From IMG/VR virus record IMGVR_UViG_3300010354_000077: DNA of 64,000 nucleotides. The stretch is one strand, 5' to 3'. This stretch comes from a virus. The notes under the pieces are model-generated. The model saw nothing but the letters and a program-made list of their open reading frames with translations, ran no database searches and was not told the origin of the DNA. Positions within the stretch are counted from its first letter, which is position 1; every line of letters begins with the position of its first letter. The translations under genes were made by a program, and so were the position numbers. This document shows, in pieces, positions 37,301-46,467 of this stretch.

Positions 37301-40024
37301 CGTACCAGTAGAACCAGTAAGACGCATTGTGCCTGCCACATGAAGAGTCCTTACGGGTGTTGTGGTATTAATGCCAACAGATGTTCCGTTATCAAAGATT
37401 ATAGAATTTGTAAGACCTGTCGCAGATGCCCATTTGGTGACATAATTTGTGGTTCCTGTTCCACTGACGGTTCCAGAAGTTCCGCCAGTGGCGGTTAATA
37501 TGTTTCCAGAAAGAGAAAGACCACTGCCAACAGAAATAGCAGATACATCCCCGTTTCCATCACGCCCCATTATATTTGTGGCTGTTCCTGTAGAGCCTGT
37601 AAGGCGCATGGTGCCTGCCACATGAAGCGTTCTTGTGGGCACAACACCGCCGATGCCAACACCAGAAGATGTCGCCCTGAAAAATTCTGTAGTAAGATTT
37701 CCAACATACAGATTATCTGTAGCTCTTAAAAACAAATCTTTTGTAGAAGCTAAAAGAGTTGAATCTGCAAGATTCATCCCATATAATGTCGAAGTATCTG
37801 AACCACCGTAAACCATTAATCTAACACCGCTAAAAGTGTTATTTGTGAGCAATAAATTACTTGCAGTAGTAGAACCAGTTGAATTTACATAAATTTGGGG
37901 GGCGTTTCCGCGTATATCTATTTCAGATATTGGTGTATTTGTTCCGATTCCCAAAAAGTTGGATGAAGGATTCCACCAGAGGTCGTTTTCCCCTGTAAGA
38001 GATGAAGCAGTTGCCCAATATGCAATCTGATTTGCTGCTCCACTACCAGCTGTTCTTCCAGTGACAGTTAACGTGTTTCCAGAAAGTGAGAGACCATTGC
38101 CTGTTGTGATAGCCGAAACATCACCGTTATTATCTCTTCCCATAAGGGTCGTACCTGTGCCCGTAGAACCAGTAAGACGCATTGTACCCCTAACATCAAG
38201 TGTCTGTTGTGGTGCATTGGTGTTGACACCAATGGCCGTTCCGTTATCAAAGATTATAGAATTGGTAAGACCTGTTGCGGAAGACCATTTGGTTACATAA
38301 TTGGTTGTTCCAGTTCCGAATGTCACACCCGTAACCGAAATCACATTTCCCAAAAGCTGCAATCCGCCGTCCACCACCACAGCAGAAACATCACCACTGC
38401 TATTTCTTGCCATAAGGGTAGTTCCCGTTCCAGTAGAACCGCTAACCCTTAATGTCCCTCCTATATCAACCGTCTGTTGGGGATTGGAATTTCCGATTCC
38501 AAGTCTTTTATTTGACGGATTCCAAATGAACAAGGTATCACCAGATAACGTAGTGGTGTTGCCCCAGAAAGTCACCTGATTTGTCGTTCCAGTACCAGTG
38601 GCACCAGTGGCAGAAAGTGTGCCAGATGAAATAGAAAGACCAGCACCGAGAAGCAGATTTGATACATCCCCGTTATCATCACGACCCATTATATTTGTGG
38701 CGGTTCCTGTAGAACCTGTAAGGCGCATGGTACCTGCCACATGAAGCGTCCTTGTGGGCACAACACCTCCGATGCCAACACCAGAAGATGTCGCCCTGAA
38801 AAATTCTGTGGAGTTGTTACCAACCAGAAGGCTGCCACCGATATTTAAAAAGAGATTGCTTGAGGAGCGAAGTATGGTAGCACTTGCAAAACTTATACCA
38901 TAAAGACTCATAGGGTTTGAACCCCCGTATAAAACCAGTTGACCAGTATCGGATGTATTGTTTGTCAGACTTATACTCGTAGTTCCTGTTATAGTAGTTC
39001 CTATGAGGGAGGTGGACGGCGAAGTTGCGTTTATTTGGAGGTGGTTGGACGGCGAATTGGTGCCGATTCCCAAAAAGTTGGATGTCGGATTCCACCAAAG
39101 GTCGTTCTCCCCTGTGATTCCGCTGGATGTCCAATAAGCAACCTGATTGGCTGTCCCACTACCTATTACGCTACCTGTAACAGAAAGGGTCGTACCCGAA
39201 AAAGAAAGACCATCACCCAAAGAAATAAAACCCACATCACCATTTCCACTGTTCCTTCCCAAGAGTTGGGAATATGATGTCCCAGCAGCGGTTCCAATAC
39301 GCATATTGCCACTAACTTCCAGCGTCCTGTTGGCTGTAGAACCAGTTCCGACCAGCAAACCAGTTGACGTGACCCTAAAGATTTGTGTACCGTTGATTCC
39401 TGCTATAATATTCCCTGATTGAGAATTTATGGCAAGATTATTTGTCGCGTTTAGAACCGAAAGGTTGTTATAAGAAATTCCAAATAAAGTTCCAGTGTAT
39501 GTACTACCGTAACTGGAAAGGCTTGCAATGTTGGTTCCGTCGTTTTGGAGTTGGACGGCGGAATAATTGGATGCGGAAGTAGTTCTAACATAAGAGATTA
39601 TATCCGAAGAGCCTTCTATGTGGAGGGAATTGGACGGCGAATTGGTGCCGATACCCAAAAAGTTGGATGAAGGATTCCACCAAAAATCATTCTCTCCCGT
39701 TACTCCAGTAGATGTCCAATAAGCCACCTGATTGGCTGTTCCACTACCAGAAAGACCAGCGGTTGAACTGATTACCAGTTTGTTGGCGGCATCATTATAA
39801 TTTATGCTTATATTCGTCCCCCCAGAAAGAAGGGTTGCCACTTCGTCATCAATGATTTCTGGAAGCCCAAGGTCAGATACAATACCCGAAGCGGTACGAT
39901 AACCCAAAAGATTAAGGTCTGTTGTGCCAGTTCCAGTAAAGACGGCAAAGCGTTCTGCTGGAATATTCGGGTCTTGCGCACCTCTTACGAATATAGAGGA
40001 ATGTATAACGGTTTCGTTTGCCAT
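34361..40024 (-). CDS. Giant tail-fibre protein B (1887 aa), paralogous to fibre A with shuffled/duplicated modules
   Basis: Shares long near-identical segments with A (for example GITNGQLFATGGASGTTSGSGSTNQVAYWTG...NLWWDSG..RLGIGT) and has an internal near-exact duplication (FFRATSSGVGIGGVVPTRTLHVAGTMRLTGSTGTATNIMGRD appears twice). The C-terminus resembles that of A. Confidence 0.7.
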   Translation of the reverse strand: MANETVIHSSIFVRGAQDPNIPAERFAVFTGTGTTDLNLLGYRTASGIVSDLGLPEIIDDEVATLLSGGTNISINYNDAANKLVISSTAGLSGSGTANQVAYWTSTGVTGENDFWWNPSSNFLGIGTNSPSNSLHIEGSSDIISYVRTTSASNYSAVQLQNDGTNIASLSSYGSTYTGTLFGISYNNLSVLNATNNLAINSQSGNIIAGINGTQIFRVTSTGLLVGTGSTANRTLEVSGNMRIGTAAGTSYSQLLGRNSGNGDVGFISLGDGLSFSGTTLSVTGSVIGSGTANQVAYWTSSGITGENDLWWNPTSNFLGIGTNSPSNHLQINATSPSTSLIGTTITGTTSISLTNNTSDTGQLVLYGGSNPMSLYGISFASATILRSSSNLFLNIGGSLLVGNNSTEFFRATSSGVGIGGVVPTRTLHVAGTMRLTGSTGTATNIMGRDDNGDVSNLLLGAGLSISSGTLSATGATGTGTTNQVTFWGNTTTLSGDTLFIWNPSNKRLGIGNSNPQQTVDIGGTLRVSGSTGTGTTLMARNSSGDVSAVVVDGGLQLLGNVISVTGVTFGTGTTNYVTKWSSATGLTNSIIFDNGTAIGVNTNAPQQTLDVRGTMRLTGSTGTGTTLMGRDNNGDVSAITTGNGLSLSGNTLTVTGRTAGSGAANQIAYWATASSLTGENDLWWNPSSNFLGIGTNTPISEIDIRGNAPQIYVNSTGSTTASNLLLTNNTFSGVRLMVYGGSDTSTLYGMNLADSTLLASTKDLFLRATDNLYVGNLTTEFFRATSSGVGIGGVVPTRTLHVAGTMRLTGSTGTATNIMGRDGNGDVSAISVGSGLSLSGNILTATGGTSGTVSGTGTTNYVTKWASATGLTNSIIFDNGTSVGINTTTPVRTLHVAGTMRLTGSTGTGTTLMARDANFDVSAITVGNGLSLSNNILTTTGVTSGTVSGTGTTNYIPKWSSASGLTDSIIIQTGSNVDIRGTLKVTGSTGTPSFVLGRDSDGNVANLSIGSGLGITNGQLFATGGASGTTSGSGSTNQVAYWTGTNSIAGENNLWWDSGANRLGIGTSTPQQTLHVAGNMRLTGSNGTATTLMGRDGNDDISAVSIGSGLNLSGNTLIAAGITDGDKGDITVSGGGTIWTIDNNVVSDSKLRTSSGLSVIGRASNTTGNVADITASVDGTVLRRSGTTLSFGTVGTDGIADSAITNIKVANGIDAAKIADGSVDNTEFQYLNGVTSNIQNQLNAKVAGTGTTNYVSKWASASGLTDSIIFDNGTVVGINTTTPLQTLDVRGTMRLTGSTGTGTTLMARDNSGDVSAITVGNGLSLSNNILTTTGITAGTVSGTGTTNYIPKWSSASGLTDSIIIQTGSNVDIRGTLRVTGSTGTPSFVLGRDSDGNVANLSIGSGLGITNGQLFATGGATGTTSGTGSTNQVAYWTGTNSIAGENNLWWDNGTDRLGVGTNNPQQTLHVAGNMRLTGSNGTADSLMGRDGNFDVSAITVGVGLSLSGNTLTATGTSGGGGTLTGTGTTNYISKWASASGLTDSIIFHTGSTVGINTTSPTALLYLKGTTANNSATAFEVTDSNDRDILNIRNDGRITLGKNLAATTQNTVSFEAVGSDEHINFAVQPKGDGAFLGNIPDATATGGNSRGSFAIDLQLKRSNNTEVASGNYSVIIGGSNNTASGTRSNIVGGSSNTASGTHSSVFGGLGNVVSAEYASVIGGLYGSAYLYGQNTNSSGNFSYGGDAQSSTIRMRNSITGTTRTELYLDGVSAKAILSGTNRLWNIRIQLAAVVEIVGTGGGASIGDSFISEHILGIKKIGTVTTIVGEGVAQNIISNDTAMSSATVSISADNATDNLKIEFTPPSTAVSDTVIKVIATVYLTEVGFGI

Positions 40025-40048
40025 CTGCGAAATTGCTTTAAACTATAA

Positions 40049-41554
40049 TTATTTGGATTTTTTAGGTCGCCTTTGCTGACTTTTATCCTGTTTTTTCTGG
40101 ATTTTTTTCCTTAACAGAAAATCATTAATGTTATCAATAATTATATCCTTATGTGATTTCAGAACCTGCATGAAATCCGTGTTATAGGCTGCGAAAAGAG
40201 GGTTTAAGGTCTTGTTATTGAACATATAAAGACAAAGGTCAATATTTGCAATATCCCTTTCGGCATATTCAAGTAATCTCACATCGTCAAAAGGCGTTGT
40301 TGAATACTTTTCGTTGAAGTTTATGGTCTTGTTATAGACCGTGGAAGACACCGCGTCCTTCCAAAAACCAAGGTTATTACTATTAACAGGACAGGAAAGG
40401 AAAGCCCAAGCAAAATCGTCGTTTAGTTGGGATAATTCGTAATGTTTTAGAAGGGGTGTGTATTTTTCAAGGTCTTCTATCTTTAAAAACGACAGGCTTT
40501 GGGGGATGAATTTGAGTTCCTTAAATGCTTTTACCTTCAAATTCGGTGTTTTTTCTGGCAGGATTTTATATATTTCGCCGTCCAACCCATATACCCCAAA
40601 CTCCTCTTCTATATTAGATTCAAAAGCCGCTTTTATATCTTCAATAAACAGAGGATCAAGAGCAGTAACAATACCTTTGTTGGAAAGACCGTATCTACCC
40701 GCCCTCCCGCTGATTTGTTTGATTTCCTTTTCATTGAGTTTTCGCATTGATTGGCCGTCGAACTTGCTATCTTCAAGGAAGACTATTTGGTTGCATGGCA
40801 GATTAATTCCCATGCCAATAACATCTGTTGTCACCAAAACCTGTGTTTCGCCGTCCACAAACGCCCTTATCTGATCCTTCTTCACCTCTGGTGGAAGATT
40901 ACCATAGAGAATAGAACATTTGATACCCAGTTGTTGAAGCAGGTATTTTTGATATAGGACATTGATTCTTGAGAAGGTGACAAGTATGGTCTTGGAATCC
41001 AGTTTCTTCAGGTTAATGTCCCTTTCGGAAATCTCAAGGGGAACCTTTCTTTCGTAGGTTTGGACGGTATAGAAGTTGCCTGTAATAGATAACAGGTCTT
41101 CAATCAAGCCTCTGGATTCGAGATTGGTTATGATATGTACCTCATCCGCATTCACACCCATGATAGCATCCAGCCAGAATTTTCCCCGTTGCTTATCTGC
41201 TATCATAAAACATTCATCCACCACAACGATGTCGTAATGTTTTTCGGTATTGCACATTTCTATTGTACAGGAGCTTACGGTGCTGTTTTGGACGGCGATT
41301 TTTTCCTCCCCCGTAAAAAGCGAACACAAAACGCCGTCCAACCCCATCTTCTCATATATCTCCCATGCAAGTAATCTTAATGGTGCAAGATATATTCCTT
41401 TAGATGCTTCTTTAAGGCGTTGGACGGCGTTATATGTTTTCCCTGAATTTGTAGGACCGACATGGAGAATATATTTGGTCGGCTTGTTGTACCATTTCTG
41501 GTAGATTTGTTCTTTGAGCTTACTTTCGATTAAATTCTTTTCGGATTGATTCAT
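40049..41554 (-). CDS. SF2 helicase with Suv3-type motif I (GPTNSGKTYNA)
   Basis: GPTNSGKTY (Walker A), VVVDECFM (DExx) and QISGRAGR (motif VI). Confidence 0.6.
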   Translation of the reverse strand: MNQSEKNLIESKLKEQIYQKWYNKPTKYILHVGPTNSGKTYNAVQRLKEASKGIYLAPLRLLAWEIYEKMGLDGVLCSLFTGEEKIAVQNSTVSSCTIEMCNTEKHYDIVVVDECFMIADKQRGKFWLDAIMGVNADEVHIITNLESRGLIEDLLSITGNFYTVQTYERKVPLEISERDINLKKLDSKTILVTFSRINVLYQKYLLQQLGIKCSILYGNLPPEVKKDQIRAFVDGETQVLVTTDVIGMGINLPCNQIVFLEDSKFDGQSMRKLNEKEIKQISGRAGRYGLSNKGIVTALDPLFIEDIKAAFESNIEEEFGVYGLDGEIYKILPEKTPNLKVKAFKELKFIPQSLSFLKIEDLEKYTPLLKHYELSQLNDDFAWAFLSCPVNSNNLGFWKDAVSSTVYNKTINFNEKYSTTPFDDVRLLEYAERDIANIDLCLYMFNNKTLNPLFAAYNTDFMQVLKSHKDIIIDNINDFLLRKKIQKKQDKSQQRRPKKSK

Positions 41555-41578
41555 ATATCATAAATATGAACAACCTTG

Positions 41579-42031
41579 TCATCCCTTACAAATATAATCA
41601 GCGGCCTTTACAGCTATTTGTTGTTCTGGTTTCACAGTGACAGCATAACCAAGACCCTCAAACCAACCTTTCCATTCATGGAGGACTTTGTTTGAAAGAT
41701 GTCTTTCGTCACTATTATAATCAAATTCGACTACATCAACGGATATAAAATTATCTTCAAGATATTTTACAATCTCCATAGTGATTTCAGCCTCTTTTCG
41801 GAGCCGCTGTAATTTGTCCTTATATTTTTCTGTGAATGTTTTTAGGTGGCGATATGTAGCACCGCTGTTTCCATTTCTGATTGCGACGACCGTCACAAAC
41901 ATGGTTTGGCTCTGTTGTGTTACGCTGTCAGTGCCGACATAAACGCTTTTGTTTTTGCCTGCGTTTTCCTCGCAAAACTTGACAACATCAACGATTTGTC
42001 CTTTGCTATTTCTAAAAAACTTCTTTTGCAA
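41579..42031 (-). CDS. Hypothetical protein, possibly RNase H-like fold
   Basis: VYVGTDSV weakly resembles the RNase H vYTDGS motif. Confidence 0.3.
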   Translation of the reverse strand: MQKKFFRNSKGQIVDVVKFCEENAGKNKSVYVGTDSVTQQSQTMFVTVVAIRNGNSGATYRHLKTFTEKYKDKLQRLRKEAEITMEIVKYLEDNFISVDVVEFDYNSDERHLSNKVLHEWKGWFEGLGYAVTVKPEQQIAVKAADYICKG

Positions 42032-42037
42032 AATAAA

Positions 42038-42283
42038 TTACTTTTTTTGTAGAATCACCCCATTCCCCTCTGCATCGAATTTAACAAACCCATTGTATTC
42101 TTTTATCCCCTTTATTCCTGGAAATATTTCGACTGCGTAATCCAAAAACTTGACGCAAAAATTCTTGTAAAGGCAAGCATAAACTCCATTTGCGCACTCT
42201 GGTTTTTTTTCTGTCAGGGTTGAAACTACCTGAAATTCAGATGTGTTAACTTGTACTGTATTTGTTTGAACTTGTTGCATCAC
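42038..42283 (-). CDS. Small hypothetical protein
   Basis: 81-aa ORF. Confidence 0.35.
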   Translation of the reverse strand: MMQQVQTNTVQVNTSEFQVVSTLTEKKPECANGVYACLYKNFCVKFLDYAVEIFPGIKGIKEYNGFVKFDAEGNGVILQKK

Positions 42284-42315
42284 ATTGAAATTTTTTAATA
42301 AATATTTTTAATAAA

Positions 42316-42513
42316 TTAAAACAGGTTGCTTTGAAACTCTCTAACCAAAATTTTAACATTTCCAATCTGATTTTCATATTCTTTTGGAATGCTTCTGGCT
42401 GCAAGGATTTTAGCCATATCTATATCCTTGGCCATGCAAAGCCTGATTTCTGGAAAAATTAGTTGCAATTCCCCTTCATTTTCGACGGTGATAATATATT
42501 CAAAGATTTTCAT
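42316..42513 (-). CDS. Small protein, tandem paralogue of the 42523..42855 gene
   Basis: MKIFEYIITVENEGELQLIFPEIRLCMAKD...AKILAARSIPKEYEN versus MRIFEYLITIENDGDLQLIFPEVRICTAND...AKIIAARSIPQEYEN, about 70% identical. Confidence 0.5.
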   Translation of the reverse strand: MKIFEYIITVENEGELQLIFPEIRLCMAKDIDMAKILAARSIPKEYENQIGNVKILVREFQSNLF

Positions 42514-42522
42514 AGATGGATG

Positions 42523-42855
42523 TTAGATTTTATGCGGTAGGCTGGTTGCTATCGGATAGCCGTAGGTAGTGTGATGGCTGACAGTAGTGTTTGAGGTAGG
42601 AGCTGAAGTAGACAACCAATGGACATCGCTGGTACCAGTAACTAATTGTCTGGAGATATAATTGACAGGTTCTTTGAACTCCCTAATCAAAATTTTTATA
42701 TCCTCAAGTCGGTTTTCATATTCTTGTGGAATACTTCTTGCTGCAATTATTTTAGCCACTTCGGGGTCGTTTGCAGTACAAATCCTGACTTCTGGAAAAA
42801 TTAGTTGCAAATCCCCGTCATTTTCAATGGTAATAAGATATTCGAATATTCTCAT
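42523..42855 (-). CDS. Small protein, tandem paralogue (longer, with a C-terminal extension)
   Basis: See the 42316..42513 entry. Confidence 0.5.
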   Translation of the reverse strand: MRIFEYLITIENDGDLQLIFPEVRICTANDPEVAKIIAARSIPQEYENRLEDIKILIREFKEPVNYISRQLVTGTSDVHWLSTSAPTSNTTVSHHTTYGYPIATSLPHKI

Positions 42856-42872
42856 AGCGATAATTAATGTTT

Positions 42873-43184
42873 TTAAACTGTTACAGGCATAGATGGAAAT
42901 TTAAATGGAAAGGGGCAAGGAGTAAACGGGCATGGAATCTCTTTATGGCCGTGCAAATAGGTGCCTGAATCATTTTTATAAGTAGTGATAATTTGATTTG
43001 CAGAGTTTTCAAAGGCTCTAACTTTTATCAAAGTGGGCTGACTGTTATTTTCAAACAGATTCAAAAATTTCTCTTTGGCACTATCAAAGTTATCAGCGAT
43101 TATAATAGATTTTTGAGAAGTCCCGTCATCGAAGATTCCAAAGCATTCATAAACCGTTGATATATTGTTTTTTGAGTGATTCAT
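42873..43184 (-). CDS. Small hypothetical protein
   Basis: 103-aa ORF. Confidence 0.4.
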   Translation of the reverse strand: MNHSKNNISTVYECFGIFDDGTSQKSIIIADNFDSAKEKFLNLFENNSQPTLIKVRAFENSANQIITTYKNDSGTYLHGHKEIPCPFTPCPFPFKFPSMPVTV

Positions 43185-43218
43185 AGCATATTTATTTTAG
43201 GTAAATATAAGAATAAAA

Positions 43219-43782
43219 ATGGTTTTTAATCATAACTATAAATCCCTAAAAAAAGATATTTATGCTGCTTGGTGGTTGCGTCAAATGTGTAAGGACTTAA
43301 AGGATTACCTTTTGTCGGTTTCGTTTGACAGTGCATACACACCAGTGGTATATCTTATCGGTGAAATGGGTGTGGGAGAAGTGGCGGAAATTCTTGCACA
43401 GGAATTTCCGTTTCTGAAAATTCATTGCCTCTCTGAATGGGTTGGTGAAGATGCAAAATATGAAAATGAATTTGATGAACGGGTAAAATTCTATGATAAC
43501 ATCATAAAAGATAAGGGGAAGATTGAGGAGTTTATTGATGAGATTTATTCCCCAGCAATGGTTTATATTGCCTCATGCAACGATGCTTCGTGTCTGCAAC
43601 AAGACCTTGATTTTTGGAAACCAGGGTTAAGAAATGGTGCGATTATGGCAGGGGGGCATTATGCTTGGAAGCATTACAGAAACCATAAATTATTTTTTGA
43701 GGTTCAAAAGGTTGTTATAAATACTTTTTACTCGGAGCCAGACAAGAAATATACTGATGGGAGTTGGTATAAAATAATTTGA
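43219..43782 (+). CDS. Hypothetical protein, possible class-I methyltransferase fold
   Basis: YLIGEMGVGEVAE weakly resembles SAM-binding motif I. Confidence 0.3.
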   Translation: MVFNHNYKSLKKDIYAAWWLRQMCKDLKDYLLSVSFDSAYTPVVYLIGEMGVGEVAEILAQEFPFLKIHCLSEWVGEDAKYENEFDERVKFYDNIIKDKGKIEEFIDEIYSPAMVYIASCNDASCLQQDLDFWKPGLRNGAIMAGGHYAWKHYRNHKLFFEVQKVVINTFYSEPDKKYTDGSWYKII

Positions 43783-43814
43783 GAAAATATATATTTGAGT
43801 AAATCTTACTTTGA

Positions 43815-45176
43815 ATGATAAAATTAATCGTTTTTGATTTGGACGGCGTTTTGATAGATGCAAAGGAAATCCATTATCACGCACTAAACAGGGCTTTGAA
43901 GAGCATAGATGAAAAATATGTAATATCGGAAGAAGACCACCTGCAAAAGTTTGATGGTCTAAAGACGACACAAAAGCTGAAAATGTTAAGCGATGAAAGG
44001 GGGTTGCCTTGGGAGGACCATGTTCTTGTTTGGGATTTGAAACAGAAATATACCGAAGATGCCTTTTCCGCCGTCCAACCCGACAACCAATTAATATCCA
44101 TATTCAAGGATTTAAAAGCCGAGGGGTACCATATAGCTTGCGCGTCCAACTCAATCAGAAAAACACTGGTGACGGCACTCAAAAATTTGGGATTGATATA
44201 TTACGTGGATTTGTTTTTGTCCAATGAAGACGTGAAAAATTCAAAACCCCATAGCGACATTTATTGGATGACCATGCAGCATTTCGCCGTCCACCCCCAA
44301 GAAACATTAATAGTAGAAGATTCACCACATGGTTTATTTGCTGCACATAATTCAAATGCCAATGTTCTTAGGGTGAAAAACAGAGCGGATTTAACATACG
44401 AAAAAATCCATTTCGCCGTCCAATCCCCCAAACAAATCCAACCCCCAAAATGGAAGGATGAGAATTTGAATGTATTGATTCCAATGGCTGGTGCAGGGAG
44501 CAGATTTAAAGAGAAGGGATATAAGCTGCCAAAACCACTAATTGATGTCAATGGCCTTCCGATGATAGCGAGGGTTGTGGAGAACCTGAATGTTGATGCC
44601 AATTTTATATTCTTGGTTCAAAAAGAACATTTGGAAACTTATAATCTAGAAGTTATCCTTCCTCTTATCGCACCTGATTGTAAAATCATTGTGGTGGACG
44701 GCCTTACGGAAGGTGCTGCCTGTACCACACTACTTGCAAAAGAAATTATTAATAATGATAATCCACTTTTGATTGCAAATTCGGATCAGATTGTTGAATG
44801 GAATAGCAATGAATTTTTATATAATATGCAGGAGAGTGGTGCGGATGGTGGAATTGTAACATTCAAGGCAACAGAACCCAAATGGTCTTTTGCTAAAGTC
44901 AACGAAAATGGTTTTGTTACAGAAGTGGCAGAAAAAAATCCTATTTCGGATATTGCTACGGTCGGGATATATTATTGGAAATATGGAAGGGATTATGTGG
45001 AGAGTGCGGAGCAGATGATAGAGAAGAATGTGAGGGTAAATAATGAGTTTTACGTCTGCCCTACATTTAACGAAGCAATCCAAAACAGCAAAAAAATTAA
45101 GACTTTCGCCGTCCAAACCATGTGGGGCATAGGAACACCCGAAGACCTTGAATATTATCTACAAAATAACCAATGA
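43815..45176 (+). CDS. Bifunctional HAD-family phosphatase (N) plus IspD/TarI-like sugar/polyol-phosphate nucleotidyl(cytidylyl)transferase (C)
   Basis: LIVFDLDGVLID (HAD motif I), ACASNSI (motif II), then NVLIPMAGAGSRF...PKPLIDVNG (G-x-G-x-R NTP-transferase motif). Four motif copies lie in frame. Confidence 0.55.
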   Translation: MIKLIVFDLDGVLIDAKEIHYHALNRALKSIDEKYVISEEDHLQKFDGLKTTQKLKMLSDERGLPWEDHVLVWDLKQKYTEDAFSAVQPDNQLISIFKDLKAEGYHIACASNSIRKTLVTALKNLGLIYYVDLFLSNEDVKNSKPHSDIYWMTMQHFAVHPQETLIVEDSPHGLFAAHNSNANVLRVKNRADLTYEKIHFAVQSPKQIQPPKWKDENLNVLIPMAGAGSRFKEKGYKLPKPLIDVNGLPMIARVVENLNVDANFIFLVQKEHLETYNLEVILPLIAPDCKIIVVDGLTEGAACTTLLAKEIINNDNPLLIANSDQIVEWNSNEFLYNMQESGADGGIVTFKATEPKWSFAKVNENGFVTEVAEKNPISDIATVGIYYWKYGRDYVESAEQMIEKNVRVNNEFYVCPTFNEAIQNSKKIKTFAVQTMWGIGTPEDLEYYLQNNQ

Positions 45177-45649
45177 ATAAAATCTTAATCGCCCACAGGG
45201 GGAATATAAACGGCAAGATAGAAGAAGAAGAAAATAAACCTTCGTATATAGAAGAAGCCATTTCTTTGGGGTATAATGTCGAGATAGATGTTTGGGTGAA
45301 AGAAGGTAAAATATTTTTAGGGCATGACGCACCCGAATATGAAACCACAATTGCTTGGCTTTTAAATAGATGTGCAAGTCTTTGGGTTCATTGTAAGAAT
45401 ATAGAAGCACTTGAATATTTTCACAATCTTCAATTATTCAACTATTTTTGGCATCAAGAGGATACTGTGACACTCACATCAAAAAGTTATATTTGGGCAT
45501 ACCCGAATAAACAACCCATAAAAAAATCAATAGCAGTCCTTCCAGAATTACATAATGATGATGTTTCTTGGTGTTCGGGGATTTGTAGTGATTATATAAT
45601 AAAATATAAAGATGAAAAATTTAACAGGAATTTATTGGATAAAAAATGA
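45173..45649 (+). CDS. Glycerophosphodiester phosphodiesterase (GDPD)-like small protein
   Basis: KILIAHRGN...EIDVWVKEGKIFLGHD (HRG ... E.D ... HD). Confidence 0.4.
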   Translation: MNKILIAHRGNINGKIEEEENKPSYIEEAISLGYNVEIDVWVKEGKIFLGHDAPEYETTIAWLLNRCASLWVHCKNIEALEYFHNLQLFNYFWHQEDTVTLTSKSYIWAYPNKQPIKKSIAVLPELHNDDVSWCSGICSDYIIKYKDEKFNRNLLDKK

Positions 45650-46466
45650 AGCAAGGTATATCCCAGAATATGTCGAGTTTCACCTCCTACAAGGCTTCGA
45701 TCATTTTATTTTCTATGATAACAAGTCTGATGACAATTTATTGGAAGTTATAAGCCCGTATATAGAAGCTGGTTTGGTTGAAATAAGATATTATCCCCCA
45801 GAGGTAGTTAACAGAAATAACTTTTGGTTAATGGAACATTGTGTCCATGAACAGAAAGGTAAAAGTAAATGGGTGCATTTCCATGCTTTAGATGAAAGAC
45901 TTTTTTGCCCAGATGGCAGACAGATACCAGATTTGTTAAAAGAATATGAAGATTATGGTGGGCTTTGTGTTAGCTGGATTTATTTTAATTCTAACGGTCA
46001 TGTGGAAAGACCACAAGGGTTGGTTATAGATAATTTTACAACAGCGTTAAGCGATTATCAATACCATATAAAAACGATTGTTCAACCACAGTACACTGAA
46101 AGTCATCACGGGGATCCACATAATTTTATTTTTAATTCTGGTAAGTATTCTGTCGATGAAAACTTTAGAAAAATAACTGGACCGTTTAATCCATCAAATT
46201 ATACTTTCAATAAAATAAAACTACATCATTATGTGACAATGAGCCGTGAAGAGTTTGATATAAAAATGAATAAAGGTTTATTGGACATTGCTGGTTTAGA
46301 AAATATAAGAAGGAATACGGCAGACCCACAATGGCATCAAATGCACAACACACAAAACACTTTTTTCCAAAACACAGATTTAATAAAATTCTCAAGTCAA
46401 ATAAAAGAAAATATTAAAAACAGGTATGTTGGAAAAGAACATCTATTAAATTTTATAAACCATTAA
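45612..46466 (+). CDS. GT-A fold glycosyltransferase-like protein (GT92/DUF23-like)
   Basis: YWIKNEARYIPEYVEFHLLQGFDHFIFYDNKSDD resembles the GT92 N-terminal signature. Confidence 0.4.
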   Translation: MKNLTGIYWIKNEARYIPEYVEFHLLQGFDHFIFYDNKSDDNLLEVISPYIEAGLVEIRYYPPEVVNRNNFWLMEHCVHEQKGKSKWVHFHALDERLFCPDGRQIPDLLKEYEDYGGLCVSWIYFNSNGHVERPQGLVIDNFTTALSDYQYHIKTIVQPQYTESHHGDPHNFIFNSGKYSVDENFRKITGPFNPSNYTFNKIKLHHYVTMSREEFDIKMNKGLLDIAGLENIRRNTADPQWHQMHNTQNTFFQNTDLIKFSSQIKENIKNRYVGKEHLLNFINH

Positions 46467-46467
46467 T

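Noticed and set aside
29197-39422. Many plus-strand ORFs of 60-230 aa listed inside the fibre-gene region (for example 30792..31226, 32655..33341, 36321..36803).
   Set aside because: They are antisense to two continuous ~1890-aa minus-strand ORFs with clear fibre-repeat architecture. The low-complexity Gly/Ser/Thr codon repeats produce long stop-free antisense frames, so these were treated as spurious.
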